From the IMG/VR virus record IMGVR_UViG_3300012662_000009, positions 64,001 through 128,000 of that record: DNA of 64,000 bases; one strand, written 5' to 3'. The translations under genes were made by a program, and so were the position numbers. Position 1 is the first letter of the stretch. Each line of letters begins with the position of its first letter. Under the pieces are notes generated by a model. The model searched no databases and was not told the origin of the DNA. It saw nothing but the letters and a program-made list of their open reading frames with translations. Source of the stretch: a virus (lineage: Duplodnaviria; Caudoviricetes). Shown here piece by piece: positions 9,835 through 19,972 of this stretch.

Positions 9835-10911
9835 TTATTTTGTATTTACAATATTATCTATTTCGGCTGCAGTAATTGAATTAATTTTAATAACACCAGA
9901 TTCTGTTAAAGAAACTTCAGAAGAACCTCCTTCGGCATCAGCATCTTCTACTACAGCTACCGCTTTGACATCTACTGTTTTATCGTCAGAAGGAGTTAGT
10001 TTAGTACCACCAACAGATACATAATCGATAACATTAGGTTCACCACCTACTTCAGTGATTTCCTTGATCTTATTTTCAATAGTCGTTACTTTAGTAGTGA
10101 GGTTTCCAAGATTAGTTTCAATAGTATCAACGCGAGTACCTAAACCAGTTATCTGTTGTTGAAGATCTGCAGGATCAAAGGCCACATCGAGTTCTCCCAG
10201 TTGCTCCCAGGTGTCATTTACATAAATATATTCTTTATATTTATTCTTATCACCTTGATGTTGAGCGTCTGCGAGTACTAAATAAATAGTCTTGGCGTTG
10301 ATTTCTGCAATGCCTTCCAAGGAATCAACTACTTCGAGCTTCCAAGTTTCTATAGCATTAAGCTTGCCTTCTAAGGATGTTTTAATACCATCTACGAAGT
10401 CATAAACCGCCTTAGTGGTGGGTGCTGTGGTAGTGGAGTCCTTAGCAGTTGTTACATCAGCGTCATAAGTAGGCGTCTCAATGGTTATATCAACAGCTTT
10501 GTCATTGATATCCAAAGCCTTACCATTAACCTTTACAACTTCTATCTTATTTTCAAGAGCTGTATGATCAATAGACTTAAGGGCATTTACATCAGTTTCG
10601 AGGGCCCCTACTTTTTGCTGGAGTTCTTCTATAGAAGCAGCTGCGTCAGAACCTATCTTTACAAGTGTACCCGCTTCGGAAGCTGTACCGATTTTAGAAA
10701 CGAAGTATATACCATTTTTGGAGGTATCTGTATCAGCTATAACAGATAATTGAAGACCTGCTATAGCGCTATCATTGGCGTCATCAACATAAGCCTGGGC
10801 ATCTGCAAGGGTGTCAAAGATTCTCTTGGAGATAGCAGGAGCTTTGCCTGTCATATTAAGGGTTAGACCCCAGCCATAATTTACTTGTGCATCAAAAATT
10901 TTTTCTGCCAT
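9835..10911 (-). CDS. Putative virion fibre protein
   Basis: YKEYIYVNDTWEQLG and GGEPN modules, coiled segments, C-terminal ITAAEIDNI. Confidence 0.55.
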   Translation of the reverse strand: MAEKIFDAQVNYGWGLTLNMTGKAPAISKRIFDTLADAQAYVDDANDSAIAGLQLSVIADTDTSKNGIYFVSKIGTASEAGTLVKIGSDAAASIEELQQKVGALETDVNALKSIDHTALENKIEVVKVNGKALDINDKAVDITIETPTYDADVTTAKDSTTTAPTTKAVYDFVDGIKTSLEGKLNAIETWKLEVVDSLEGIAEINAKTIYLVLADAQHQGDKNKYKEYIYVNDTWEQLGELDVAFDPADLQQQITGLGTRVDTIETNLGNLTTKVTTIENKIKEITEVGGEPNVIDYVSVGGTKLTPSDDKTVDVKAVAVVEDADAEGGSSEVSLTESGVIKINSITAAEIDNIVNTK

Positions 10912-10930
10912 TTTCTTATATAAAATTTAT

Positions 10931-12139
10931 TTAAGCCTTAGCTAAGGTCATATTCTTGAACTCTACGGGGGAGTTATTGGTTATAGGATATATGTAAACA
11001 TTATAATTCTCCTTAACATCACCTGCAAGAGCAACCTCTACAGTACCAGTAACACTAAAAAGACCTAAGATATCAGCACCGAGGCCATTAGCTACAGAAG
11101 CAAGTTTATACTTGGCAGGACATGCTACGATGATAGATTTACCATTAGAAGTCACTGCAGTAGCATTTACAATAGTTGTAGTACCGTTAACTACACACCA
11201 CCCGGTCTTTGCATTGAGTGATCGGATAGCAGTGGAATCGAGTTGTGCTATTGTAGTAGCCTCGGCATAGCCCATAAAATATTTATAATTACCTGTAAAG
11301 GATATACCGTTGGAAGAAGTAACAGTACCAGCTGCAATAGTCACAGAAGATTCTGTACCGAAATTGGTAACAGGTTTAGCTGTGGATGCTCCATAAGCAC
11401 TCGAACATTTGTATGTTGTAGTACCTTCAGCAAGAACTACTGAATCTGTATTACCTGTAAGGTTTGCATTGCCTTTCTTATAAGTTACAGCGCCTTGCTC
11501 ACAACCTGCATCTAAAGTGTAACTATAACCCGTTTGACCTGTGAATTTACCGTCCGTATAAGTATTGCCTAATGTCACAGAAATTTCCGTACCGACTTCA
11601 TAAGTACCTGCAGTAGTGCCTGTAGAAGTAATTTTTACAGAAGGTTTAGTAGCAGTTACATCAATTTCCTTCATAAGAATCTGTGTAAGGATCTGGTCCA
11701 GAGTCATACCAGCGGTCAAAGTAGTACCATCAGCGAGATTACCAACGGTTACACCAGTAACGGTGATATCCTTAGAAAGTTCTGTATTGGCTGTAGAGGG
11801 GGATACCGCTATGTCTTCAAGGGCTACATAATCAGTCTTGGAACCACCATCAGTATTCCATAAGAACTTAATAAATTTACCAGAGGTCTTTTCCTCGCCA
11901 TTATAAGAAATTTTATTGTCCTCAGAAGCTTCTACTATAGATACATCCTCAAGCATTCCATCCTTGATAAAAGGAGATGCGTCTATAGTACCAGCGTCTT
12001 CACCATTAACTGTTAACTTAATAGAACCGTCTGTGTAACTGAGTTTTACATTCTCTTTTAATTCATTATTATCAACGAATTTCGACTCAATTTGTCCCCA
12101 GAGGTGTTTAAGTCCGGTTTCATCTAAATATTTTGTCAT
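10931..12139 (-). CDS. Putative virion fibre/decoration protein
   Basis: MTKYLDETGL N-terminus. DASPFIKDGML..WNTD module shared with 8225..9823. Thr-rich beta domains. Confidence 0.55.
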   Translation of the reverse strand: MTKYLDETGLKHLWGQIESKFVDNNELKENVKLSYTDGSIKLTVNGEDAGTIDASPFIKDGMLEDVSIVEASEDNKISYNGEEKTSGKFIKFLWNTDGGSKTDYVALEDIAVSPSTANTELSKDITVTGVTVGNLADGTTLTAGMTLDQILTQILMKEIDVTATKPSVKITSTGTTAGTYEVGTEISVTLGNTYTDGKFTGQTGYSYTLDAGCEQGAVTYKKGNANLTGNTDSVVLAEGTTTYKCSSAYGASTAKPVTNFGTESSVTIAAGTVTSSNGISFTGNYKYFMGYAEATTIAQLDSTAIRSLNAKTGWCVVNGTTTIVNATAVTSNGKSIIVACPAKYKLASVANGLGADILGLFSVTGTVEVALAGDVKENYNVYIYPITNNSPVEFKNMTLAKA

Positions 12140-12154
12140 TGTTCTTTAATAAAT

Positions 12155-12997
12155 TTAATTATATTGGTTAATTATATCATCTATTTCATCAGTACTTATT
12201 GAATCTGTCACTGTTGTCTTCAAAATATCTTTCATATTCACTTCAGTGCCTTCTTCATTGGTCACATACACATCATCCTTAAAATGTAAATCGGAAGTAT
12301 AATTATAAGAGCCGTCCTCTTGTTTTGTAAAGGGTACTCCTGTAGGATTCAATTCGGCAGATATAGTATTATTCCTATTATTAATATCCATAAGAATAGT
12401 GTCAGTATCTTTACTTGTATATTGTGAACCACCCGCATTGTTTATAAGAGCTGCGCAAGAAATATATATAGGTTCTTGTTTAGAGGCTAAGAAAAGTCTT
12501 ATATAATATTCTGAAGGATTCAATCCTGATTTTATACCTGTTTCTGGATAATTCGGATTTTGATATTGATCTGTTCCATTATCAGAAGCTTTTATAATAT
12601 CTCCACTGAGAACCGAAGGAAGAGAGGGTAAGATATTTTCAAAGAGTTTATTAAAAACTTCTTGAGCACTTGTACCTGCTGGAATAGTATCTATATCCGG
12701 GTCATTATCTATATTATAAGGAGGTCTTAAATCATTCGTTGTAGTGGCTTCTGTATTAGCCGAAATAGTGTATTTATCGCCATCCTTAACAATCTTTATA
12801 CCAAGTCCTCCCTCTAAGACAATATTCTTAGTTGTCGTCAATTGATCTTTTATAATACTAGGATAATCACAAGGACATGTTCCTTCAGGCACAGTTCCAC
12901 CAGCTGCTATTATAGCATCTCTCAATTCTTCATCAAAATTATTAAATATCGAGTGTTCTACTAAACTGGCCATGTTTATTTCATTTTTCTTAATCAT
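12155..12997 (-). CDS. Putative virion structural protein
   Basis: First gene of the fibre cluster, with C-terminal ISTDEIDDI motif. Confidence 0.45.
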   Translation of the reverse strand: MIKKNEINMASLVEHSIFNNFDEELRDAIIAAGGTVPEGTCPCDYPSIIKDQLTTTKNIVLEGGLGIKIVKDGDKYTISANTEATTTNDLRPPYNIDNDPDIDTIPAGTSAQEVFNKLFENILPSLPSVLSGDIIKASDNGTDQYQNPNYPETGIKSGLNPSEYYIRLFLASKQEPIYISCAALINNAGGSQYTSKDTDTILMDINNRNNTISAELNPTGVPFTKQEDGSYNYTSDLHFKDDVYVTNEEGTEVNMKDILKTTVTDSISTDEIDDIINQYN

Positions 12998-13063
12998 ATA
13001 ATAAAAAAAATCAAGTCAAGGTTTCCTGGCTTGATTTTATGTATATTATATGTTTTATGGGTG

Positions 13064-13588
13064 TTATTCATATGTATCTTCTAAAAGATCTTTAAGTTTT
13101 TCATCATGAATAACAAGTTTTGTTAATATATATTTTTTTATCCTCTTAAACTCAAAATTAAATCTCATGCCTTTATATATAGATTCAAGTTCTTTATAGG
13201 TTTTATCATAACAAAAATGATCTATCCAGGCGCTTGTTATAGATGCTCCAAATTTACTTTTAATAGCCTCAGTAAGGTATTTATATAAATTATCTATGCT
13301 TATATTATAAGGTTCATCTATAATTTCTATATCATAATTTATGGGACCTATAAATATTTTCTTGCTTTGTACTTGCTTTAATTTATTTAGATAAGCCACC
13401 CATAAATATTTTACACATTGATTTTTATTAAACCCTCTATTACATGTTCCTTTAATACATCTTAAATAAACGTCTATAAAAATATCCTCATCAAACATAT
13501 ATCCGTGTTTGATTATATCATCTTGAAATTTTTCTTTAATATTTTCAAAGTCCATGGATAATATATCATTATGGTCGTCATCATCCAT
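13064..13588 (-). CDS. ECF-like sigma factor (divergent)
   Basis: EDIFIDVYL (region 2.2-like), KYLWVAYLN (2.3/2.4-like) and KTYKEL...RIKKYI (region 4-like). Confidence 0.5.
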   Translation of the reverse strand: MDDDDHNDILSMDFENIKEKFQDDIIKHGYMFDEDIFIDVYLRCIKGTCNRGFNKNQCVKYLWVAYLNKLKQVQSKKIFIGPINYDIEIIDEPYNISIDNLYKYLTEAIKSKFGASITSAWIDHFCYDKTYKELESIYKGMRFNFEFKRIKKYILTKLVIHDEKLKDLLEDTYE

Positions 13589-13590
13589 AA

Positions 13591-13932
13591 TTACCTAAAT
13601 GTATTTATAACATCTTCTTTAGTTATTCGAAGTGCTTTGTCGGGTAATATAGATTTTATAAAATCACTTTTAATCCAATTTCTTAGGTCGAGCACTATTC
13701 CATCAGACCCTAATATATTAGAATATTCTTCTATAATAGTTTTTGTGTCGATCTCACCATTTTCATCTGAAAAGAATTCTAAGAGATTATCAAATTTATG
13801 TTGGTTCTGTTTTACAACTATTTTTAATGTTGAATTTATAAGCCTCTCGCTAATACTTTTAGAACCAAAATAGTCATCTATAAGGTTATTAATACCATTT
13901 ACTGTCTTTATTTTAAATTCTGAAACTTTCAT
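13591..13932 (-). CDS. Hypothetical protein
   Basis: Tightly packed ORF in a minus-strand run. Confidence 0.6.
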   Translation of the reverse strand: MKVSEFKIKTVNGINNLIDDYFGSKSISERLINSTLKIVVKQNQHKFDNLLEFFSDENGEIDTKTIIEEYSNILGSDGIVLDLRNWIKSDFIKSILPDKALRITKEDVINTFR

Positions 13933-13934
13933 AA

Positions 13935-14420
13935 TTATTTACCTTGCTTTAATTGTTTATATTCATTAAATGTTAAATCGGAGTAATTCTTTATATAATC
14001 ATTAAGTTCTGATAAATTCTTTTTATCTTTTTCAGTATGTTCTTTAGAGGTATTACTTATTATCTCCTTAAGTCTATTAATCTTCTGCACAGCTTCCGGA
14101 TTAGTGTTTATCTGCCATTTAACAGCCCTCATAATCTCACTTTGTATTAATTGTTGTATATATGCATTAAGCTGTACAAATTCTTCATTTTGTGCTAAGG
14201 AATCATTTATAGAACAGTCTAAATTCTTTAACAAATTATCAAGATCCCCCAAATGATCTTTTTGAGAAGGTTTATCGGGATACTGTGCTTGCATATTTTG
14301 ATATTGCAGAGCCATCATATCAATTTGTCTTTTGAGATCTTCAGGTTGTATATTGGAATGATTTTGAGGTATCATTTGACTATAAAGTAATGGATCCGAT
14401 CCAAAAACAAAGTTATTCAT
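13935..14420 (-). CDS. Hypothetical Gln-rich helical protein
   Basis: Tightly packed ORF in a minus-strand run. Confidence 0.6.
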   Translation of the reverse strand: MNNFVFGSDPLLYSQMIPQNHSNIQPEDLKRQIDMMALQYQNMQAQYPDKPSQKDHLGDLDNLLKNLDCSINDSLAQNEEFVQLNAYIQQLIQSEIMRAVKWQINTNPEAVQKINRLKEIISNTSKEHTEKDKKNLSELNDYIKNYSDLTFNEYKQLKQGK

Positions 14421-14498
14421 ATTTATATATAAGTTTTTTTAATAAAACATATAGGGACCAGGATAACCCAATCCCTATATGTATTTTAAGAAGGTTTA

Positions 14499-15134
14499 TT
14501 AATTAGTTGTAGTAGTTGAGGTATTATTACAGGAGCAGCAACAATAACTGGGGTAACCTGTTACAGTGGGAGTAGAGGGTAATACAAGTTCACCATTAAT
14601 CATTCGAGCCGTTCTACGGAAGAGATTAAATTCTCCTACTAAACTTGCATTCTCGATTTTAGCGTTGATAAGAGCATCTTGATAGGGCCTTACAGCAGCC
14701 ATCATATCAACTTTCTTGTCAACTTCACCTATCTTCGCTAACAGATCATCTTTATTATCTCGTTGACCCTTATATAATGCAAAAGAGTCGTTTATATGAT
14801 TCTTATACAATCCCCATGCAGTATCAACATTCATCTTATAAAGATCAAAGAAGTTTTTATTCATCTGCTCACGATCAGCCATTTGTCCTTCGTAGTACTG
14901 TTTTGTCAGATCTATATAATCTTGACATTCTTTACGCTCTAAATAAAGATCTTCGCCAGCTTGTGCTATTTGAGCGTTTGAAGGCCCACCTAAACCCAAG
15001 AGACCACAACCTCTACCGAGACCACCAAGAGTTAAAAGACCCGCTAAAGAAGTACCTATAATACCAGTTGTAAGAGCAGCATTGACTTTTGCATTCGAAG
15101 GAGTTTCCTTATGATTTTCCATTACTTCAGCCAT
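14499..15134 (-). CDS. Hypothetical protein with Gly-rich hydrophobic N-region and Cys-rich tail
   Basis: 211-aa ORF with ALTTGIIGTSLAGLL and YCCCSC. Confidence 0.65.
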   Translation of the reverse strand: MAEVMENHKETPSNAKVNAALTTGIIGTSLAGLLTLGGLGRGCGLLGLGGPSNAQIAQAGEDLYLERKECQDYIDLTKQYYEGQMADREQMNKNFFDLYKMNVDTAWGLYKNHINDSFALYKGQRDNKDDLLAKIGEVDKKVDMMAAVRPYQDALINAKIENASLVGEFNLFRRTARMINGELVLPSTPTVTGYPSYCCCSCNNTSTTTTN

Positions 15135-15259
15135 AATTTTTGTGTTTTTTTAATTTTTTTGTAATATTTTTGTAAAAGAGCTCTTTGATAATATAACTCT
15201 TTAGGATCTCCAATAATCCCAAACATATATATAACAATTAAAAAAGAAAAAGGACTATA

Positions 15260-15283
15260 AAAAAAGGAGCTTTCGCTCCTTTT
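15260..15283. terminator. Intrinsic terminator hairpin
   Basis: AAAAAGGAGC-TTTC-GCTCCTTTTT. Confidence 0.7.
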
Positions 15284-15310
15284 TACAAAAATATTACAAA
15301 AAATTCTAAT

Positions 15311-16270
15311 TTACCACTCCATTCGTTCGTATAAGTATCTTGACCAGTCTCTTAGAGCATCATTTATGTAATTTTTATAGCCTTTTGTAGAATCATCTAT
15401 GATATACTGAAGTGCTTGGGAAAGTCTTCTTAAAATCAATTGCATAGCTGCTTGTTCATCTGTCTTGTCACAACCACAGTCTACAAAGTCTGATATATAA
15501 TCACATTTAGTTAATTTGAAGTTGCATTGCAGGATGTTATCTATATATTTTTTGAATTCCTTAATAAATTCTTTGGGATACTTCGTCCAAAAATCTACAG
15601 GAGAGAACATCTCAACCATTTTATTATAAATATTTCTTCTATATATAGCCAGAGTATCGCATATAGATAAAGAAGTGTTATATAAAGAACTTAAATTGGA
15701 ATTGCCGGCACATCCACAAGAACTTGTATTAATAGTATTTAAGTTTATATCAGTCTGACCAAATTCTGATAAGTATTTTACTACGAGATCATACATACCA
15801 TTCTTATAATATTCTAAGACATGGGTTTCTTCTTCAGTGTACATTTCATGGCATTGTTCTTCTTTATTATTCTCATCGAATTTAAGAAGTTGTGTAGCAA
15901 GCCATGAGCGGAATTTTTTGAGTTCGTCAATAGTTATGTCGTCATCCGAAACATATTCATTATGTAATCTATATAAAGTGGTGCAATTGATTTTATCAGT
16001 TTCCGCGATGTCAATATATTTTGTTATATTACACCCACAGGATTCATACATATCTATATAAGGGCAACCATAAGGCTTTGGATATGTACCGTCTTCTTTT
16101 TTAAGGAGTTTCGTGATATCCTCTTCACAGGCAACATATCCTTCATGTCTCATTAAGTCAAGGGGTACTATATATCTCATATGAATCCAATAAGCATATC
16201 TTCCTTTGAGATATTTATTGTAAAATTCGTCTCCTTCTTTTATAATATCTTTGAGTTTTATTAAATTCAT
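15311..16270 (-). CDS. Hypothetical Cys-rich protein
   Basis: 319-aa ORF with three CGC motifs. Confidence 0.6.
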   Translation of the reverse strand: MNLIKLKDIIKEGDEFYNKYLKGRYAYWIHMRYIVPLDLMRHEGYVACEEDITKLLKKEDGTYPKPYGCPYIDMYESCGCNITKYIDIAETDKINCTTLYRLHNEYVSDDDITIDELKKFRSWLATQLLKFDENNKEEQCHEMYTEEETHVLEYYKNGMYDLVVKYLSEFGQTDINLNTINTSSCGCAGNSNLSSLYNTSLSICDTLAIYRRNIYNKMVEMFSPVDFWTKYPKEFIKEFKKYIDNILQCNFKLTKCDYISDFVDCGCDKTDEQAAMQLILRRLSQALQYIIDDSTKGYKNYINDALRDWSRYLYERMEW

Positions 16271-16296
16271 TATATATAAATATTTTTTATTTCTTT

Positions 16297-17514
16297 TTAT
16301 GGAATACTGGGCGAGATTGGATTAGTTATTGTTACTGGTATATTAATATTTGATGTAGAAGACATTAATACATCGGTTGAAGGAATCATTTGCGTAGCAC
16401 TTGAAAGCTCTCCTGTAATAGATCCTATTTCGGAAGTAGCAAGTTCTGTCATAGTTCCAGCCATTTCAGTTATAGTTGTTGCATTCTTAGCGAGTCCCTC
16501 TGCATTGGCTATTACACTTAATGAATCTGCTATGATTTGATTGGCTTTACTAATCATTTCAGTTACTTGTGAGGCATATCCCTGGAGTTTTTCAATGCCA
16601 TTTTTAATACTTCCTAAGATACTATTTTTCTCGCTTAATTTTTTCGCAAGGTAATCTTCTGCTTTCTGTATTTGTTTCTTTATCCATTCTTCAACAGTCT
16701 TGAGCTGTTTTTGTATCCAGTCAGAGACTATTTTAATATATTTTTTAATCTTTTCTTTAATCTTCCTAATCTGCTCCTGAACCCATACTATAGAATGAGT
16801 CATCGAAGTCTGTAATTTTGAGATTGTTTTATTCGTACTTAAAAAATATATGGGTACTTCATCTTCACAACTATAATCATCTTCAAAAACTATATTAGGT
16901 TCTGCTACAGTACCTCCTTCTTGTGATGGAAGTGATGCCTCGTATTTTTTAACAGCTTCTATTTGTTCATTAAGATATCCTATATGTTCATCTGTCTTGG
17001 CAGCGGCATTATCAACCATAGCCGCAGCAACATCTAAGAAAGTAGTAGATGTGGTATTTGTAGGGCTTTTTGGTTGTGCTTTTATCCGCGATAGATCATC
17101 TTTCTGAACATTAAAGCATGGACATTGTTTTGTGTGATCAAATTCATTATGTCCATGTATAGTAGCATTAGGATATTTATTCTTGAGTTTTTGTACAAGA
17201 TTTTTTAACGATGCTATTTGCGCTGGCGTGCGGGTGTCTCCATATATATGATTATCTTTAGTACTACCCCTTAGCAATCCACCCACATAAGCTATTCCTA
17301 TAGAATGAGAATTATATCCTCTTGTATGAGCACCTATCTCAGATTCTGGTCGACCTGCGTGTACAGAGCCATCTTGATATATAACATAATGATATCCTAT
17401 TTTAGCAAATTTCTTCTCAGGGCCCCTATGATATCGATCAATATCAGCTACAGTAATCTTTGAATCCTGATAGTTTTCTGTGCAGTGTATTATAATTCTA
17501 TCTATGCGTCTCAT
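16297..17514 (-). CDS. N-acetylmuramoyl-L-alanine amidase (Amidase_2, T7-lysozyme-like) with long helical C-terminal extension
   Basis: IIIHCT, IGYHYVI, GAHTRGYN-HSIGI, GHNE and CPCF. Confidence 0.85.
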   Translation of the reverse strand: MRRIDRIIIHCTENYQDSKITVADIDRYHRGPEKKFAKIGYHYVIYQDGSVHAGRPESEIGAHTRGYNSHSIGIAYVGGLLRGSTKDNHIYGDTRTPAQIASLKNLVQKLKNKYPNATIHGHNEFDHTKQCPCFNVQKDDLSRIKAQPKSPTNTTSTTFLDVAAAMVDNAAAKTDEHIGYLNEQIEAVKKYEASLPSQEGGTVAEPNIVFEDDYSCEDEVPIYFLSTNKTISKLQTSMTHSIVWVQEQIRKIKEKIKKYIKIVSDWIQKQLKTVEEWIKKQIQKAEDYLAKKLSEKNSILGSIKNGIEKLQGYASQVTEMISKANQIIADSLSVIANAEGLAKNATTITEMAGTMTELATSEIGSITGELSSATQMIPSTDVLMSSTSNINIPVTITNPISPSIP

Positions 17515-17924
17515 AAATTAATAAGTTCAGATTTCTGTACATCAAAAGAAGGGCATGCTTTATTGGCATATTCTCTATGACCGTGTATAGTAGCTTTAGG
17601 GTATTTCTTTTTAAGATCTTTTATAAGTTTTATTAAAGATTCTTTTTGAGCGGCTGTCCGAGTGTCTTTAGGTGTTTTACCATCTTTTGCTACACCACCA
17701 ATATAACACACCCCTATAGAATGTGCATTATGACCTAAGCAATGGGCTCCTATTTGAGACTCAGGACGACCTGCATGTATAGACCCATCAAGATATATAA
17801 CATAATGATATCCTATACATCTAAAACCTCTTTGTTTATGCCATTTATCAATATCTTCCACGGTTACGTTACGACCTTCGGGAGTAGCTGAGCAGTGTAT
17901 TATAATTTCGTTAATAGTTCTCAT
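17511..17924 (-). CDS. N-acetylmuramoyl-L-alanine amidase (endolysin)
   Basis: MRTINEIIIHCSAT, IGYHYVI, GAHC-GHN, GHRE and KACPSF. The start at ATG 17924 matches the paralog's start. Confidence 0.9.
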   Translation of the reverse strand: MRTINEIIIHCSATPEGRNVTVEDIDKWHKQRGFRCIGYHYVIYLDGSIHAGRPESQIGAHCLGHNAHSIGVCYIGGVAKDGKTPKDTRTAAQKESLIKLIKDLKKKYPKATIHGHREYANKACPSFDVQKSELINL

Positions 17925-18085
17925 TCTTATTCTTTTATAATATATATAATAAGATATCATGCAAATCTTATATAATACATTTTATGGGACTTACAAATGA
18001 CTTAAAACATTCTTTTATAATGTCTTAACAAAGATTTAATGGTTATTTTATTATTTAAGAAAAATTTCTAAATAAATTTTATAAT

Positions 18086-19804
18086 ATGTTACTTACAGAA
18101 AATTCACAAAAATGGTCTCAGATTATCAAGGAGGAACTTGGTGTAACTGATTCCAAGAAACTTGACTGGATGTCGCAGTACGCCCAGAATCATGAAGTTT
18201 ATGAAGGTCTGCAGACAGGTTCTGTTGACGGAGGTATTTATACAACTCCGCTGAATACTATTGGTATGGGTAACCCCATGATGCCTAATGGTGTAGGTTT
18301 TGACAAGGGTGGAGCTGGTGTTGGTAATACTGGTGCTGATTTCCATAATCATGCTTATCAGGTAGGTTCGGGTGATGTTCCCATGAGCACCTTAACCATG
18401 GCCCTTGAAGTTGCTGCTGTGACTATTGGTCTTGAGCTCGTGCCTGTAATACCTGCTAACGGCCCCTGGGCAATGCTTTCGTATATGGATTTCCCGTATG
18501 CTGGTGGTAAACTCGGTCGTATCAATGAAACTTCTCTTGATGGTAAGGGTGAAGGTACTGAAAACAAGCCTATATATATTAAGGTGTCGGGTGATCTGAA
18601 CGATGTTAAAGCTGTTCATGATAAGCTCGTGGGTAAGACTGGTGAGGAACTGACCTTTACCGGTGGTGATAAGACCCTTACAGCTACTTATATCGGCAAG
18701 TCGCGTATCGATAACGGTATTGTTGTTAAGGTTGTTAAGTGTGGTGACGCAAATACTTCGATCGCCGATGTCTTTGGTCAGGATGTAACGGTTACTTCTG
18801 CAACTATTACCAGTGCTGTTACTATTACTAAGGCTGTTGCTGACCTTGTTGCTGCCGCTGCTGATCACGTACAGGGCTTCTCGAATTTCTTCGACGGCAA
18901 GGATGACCCCATGACTCGCGCGCAGAATGAGACTGGCGTAGGTAACACTATCGGTGCTCGCATGTTCACCAAGCTTGTTCAAATGGGTTCGTATGAAGTA
19001 ACTGGTTCGGTAACTCGTCAGCAATTACAGGATATGCCTTTATATGGTGTTGATGTTATTGGTAAGGTTCTGGAGGCGATGCAGAATGAAATTTCGCAGG
19101 CTATTAATAACCGTATCCTGGATCGTCTGTTCAAGCTCGGTGTAACCAATGCAAAGATTCAGAAGGATTACCAGGGTGTTGACCTGAACCTCTTCTTCGG
19201 TGCTTCGACAACAGCTACTAAGGATCTTAAGGATTTCACCGGTGCTTCGAAGTATGTTGATATCCATGAGAAGAACGTTGCAACTGACTGGGGTGCTATT
19301 AAGAACGCTACCCAGAATACTGCTGCTGAGAACTTTACCACACACCAGCGCAGAATCATGAGTCGTTGCTTAGCAGCCGCTAACTTAATCGCTAATGTAT
19401 CGCGTTTCGGTCGCGGTCAGTTCATCGTAACAAATACCCAGATCTTATCCGCTCTTCAGGACTGTGCGGGTTTCGTGGTAGCTCCGATGGTAAATACTCT
19501 TACTCAAGACGGTTCTAACAGCCTTTACTTCGCAGGTTCGATAGCAGGCTTAAATGTCTATGTAGATCCTTATATGAACTGGGATGACACTCGTGTATTA
19601 GTTGGTCGTAAGTCCGATGGAAATACTCCTGGCGTTGTATTCATGCCTTACATACTATGCGACACCGTTCAGACTGTAGTAGAAGGCACGATGGCTCCTA
19701 AGTTGCTGGTTAACAGTCGATTCGCCGTGGTATCGGCGGGATTTCATCCCGAACAAAGTTACTACACATTCATGGTAGATACCGATGGTGCTTATCTCCT
19801 CTAA
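18086..19804 (+). CDS. Major capsid protein (T4 gp23-like)
   Basis: L-E--KW N-terminus, AGSIAGLNVYVDPY, GVVFMPY and APKLLVNSRFA C-terminal motifs. Strong codon bias and a downstream terminator. Confidence 0.85.
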   Translation: MLLTENSQKWSQIIKEELGVTDSKKLDWMSQYAQNHEVYEGLQTGSVDGGIYTTPLNTIGMGNPMMPNGVGFDKGGAGVGNTGADFHNHAYQVGSGDVPMSTLTMALEVAAVTIGLELVPVIPANGPWAMLSYMDFPYAGGKLGRINETSLDGKGEGTENKPIYIKVSGDLNDVKAVHDKLVGKTGEELTFTGGDKTLTATYIGKSRIDNGIVVKVVKCGDANTSIADVFGQDVTVTSATITSAVTITKAVADLVAAAADHVQGFSNFFDGKDDPMTRAQNETGVGNTIGARMFTKLVQMGSYEVTGSVTRQQLQDMPLYGVDVIGKVLEAMQNEISQAINNRILDRLFKLGVTNAKIQKDYQGVDLNLFFGASTTATKDLKDFTGASKYVDIHEKNVATDWGAIKNATQNTAAENFTTHQRRIMSRCLAAANLIANVSRFGRGQFIVTNTQILSALQDCAGFVVAPMVNTLTQDGSNSLYFAGSIAGLNVYVDPYMNWDDTRVLVGRKSDGNTPGVVFMPYILCDTVQTVVEGTMAPKLLVNSRFAVVSAGFHPEQSYYTFMVDTDGAYLL

Positions 19805-19837
19805 TGAATTAATTAACAATATCTTATAGCTTTTTTT

Positions 19838-19874
19838 AAGTGCTGGCTGCTTCGGTGGTCGGCACTTATTTTTT
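19838..19874 (+). terminator. Intrinsic terminator after the capsid gene
   Basis: AAGTGCTGGCTGC-TTCG-GTGGTCGGCACTT followed by a T-run. Confidence 0.75.
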
Positions 19875-19972
19875 GCTCGGCCAAATTTTGCATCACCCAT
19901 TTCAAAAAGTTTCTTATAAAAAACTTAAAATATGGCGTGACTTTTATTATTTTATATAAAAAGTTATAAGAA

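Noticed and set aside
18104-19900. Several antisense ORFs inside the major capsid gene (and similar short shadow ORFs elsewhere in the track)
   Set aside because: They are shadow frames of strongly codon-biased genes with no recognisable motifs.
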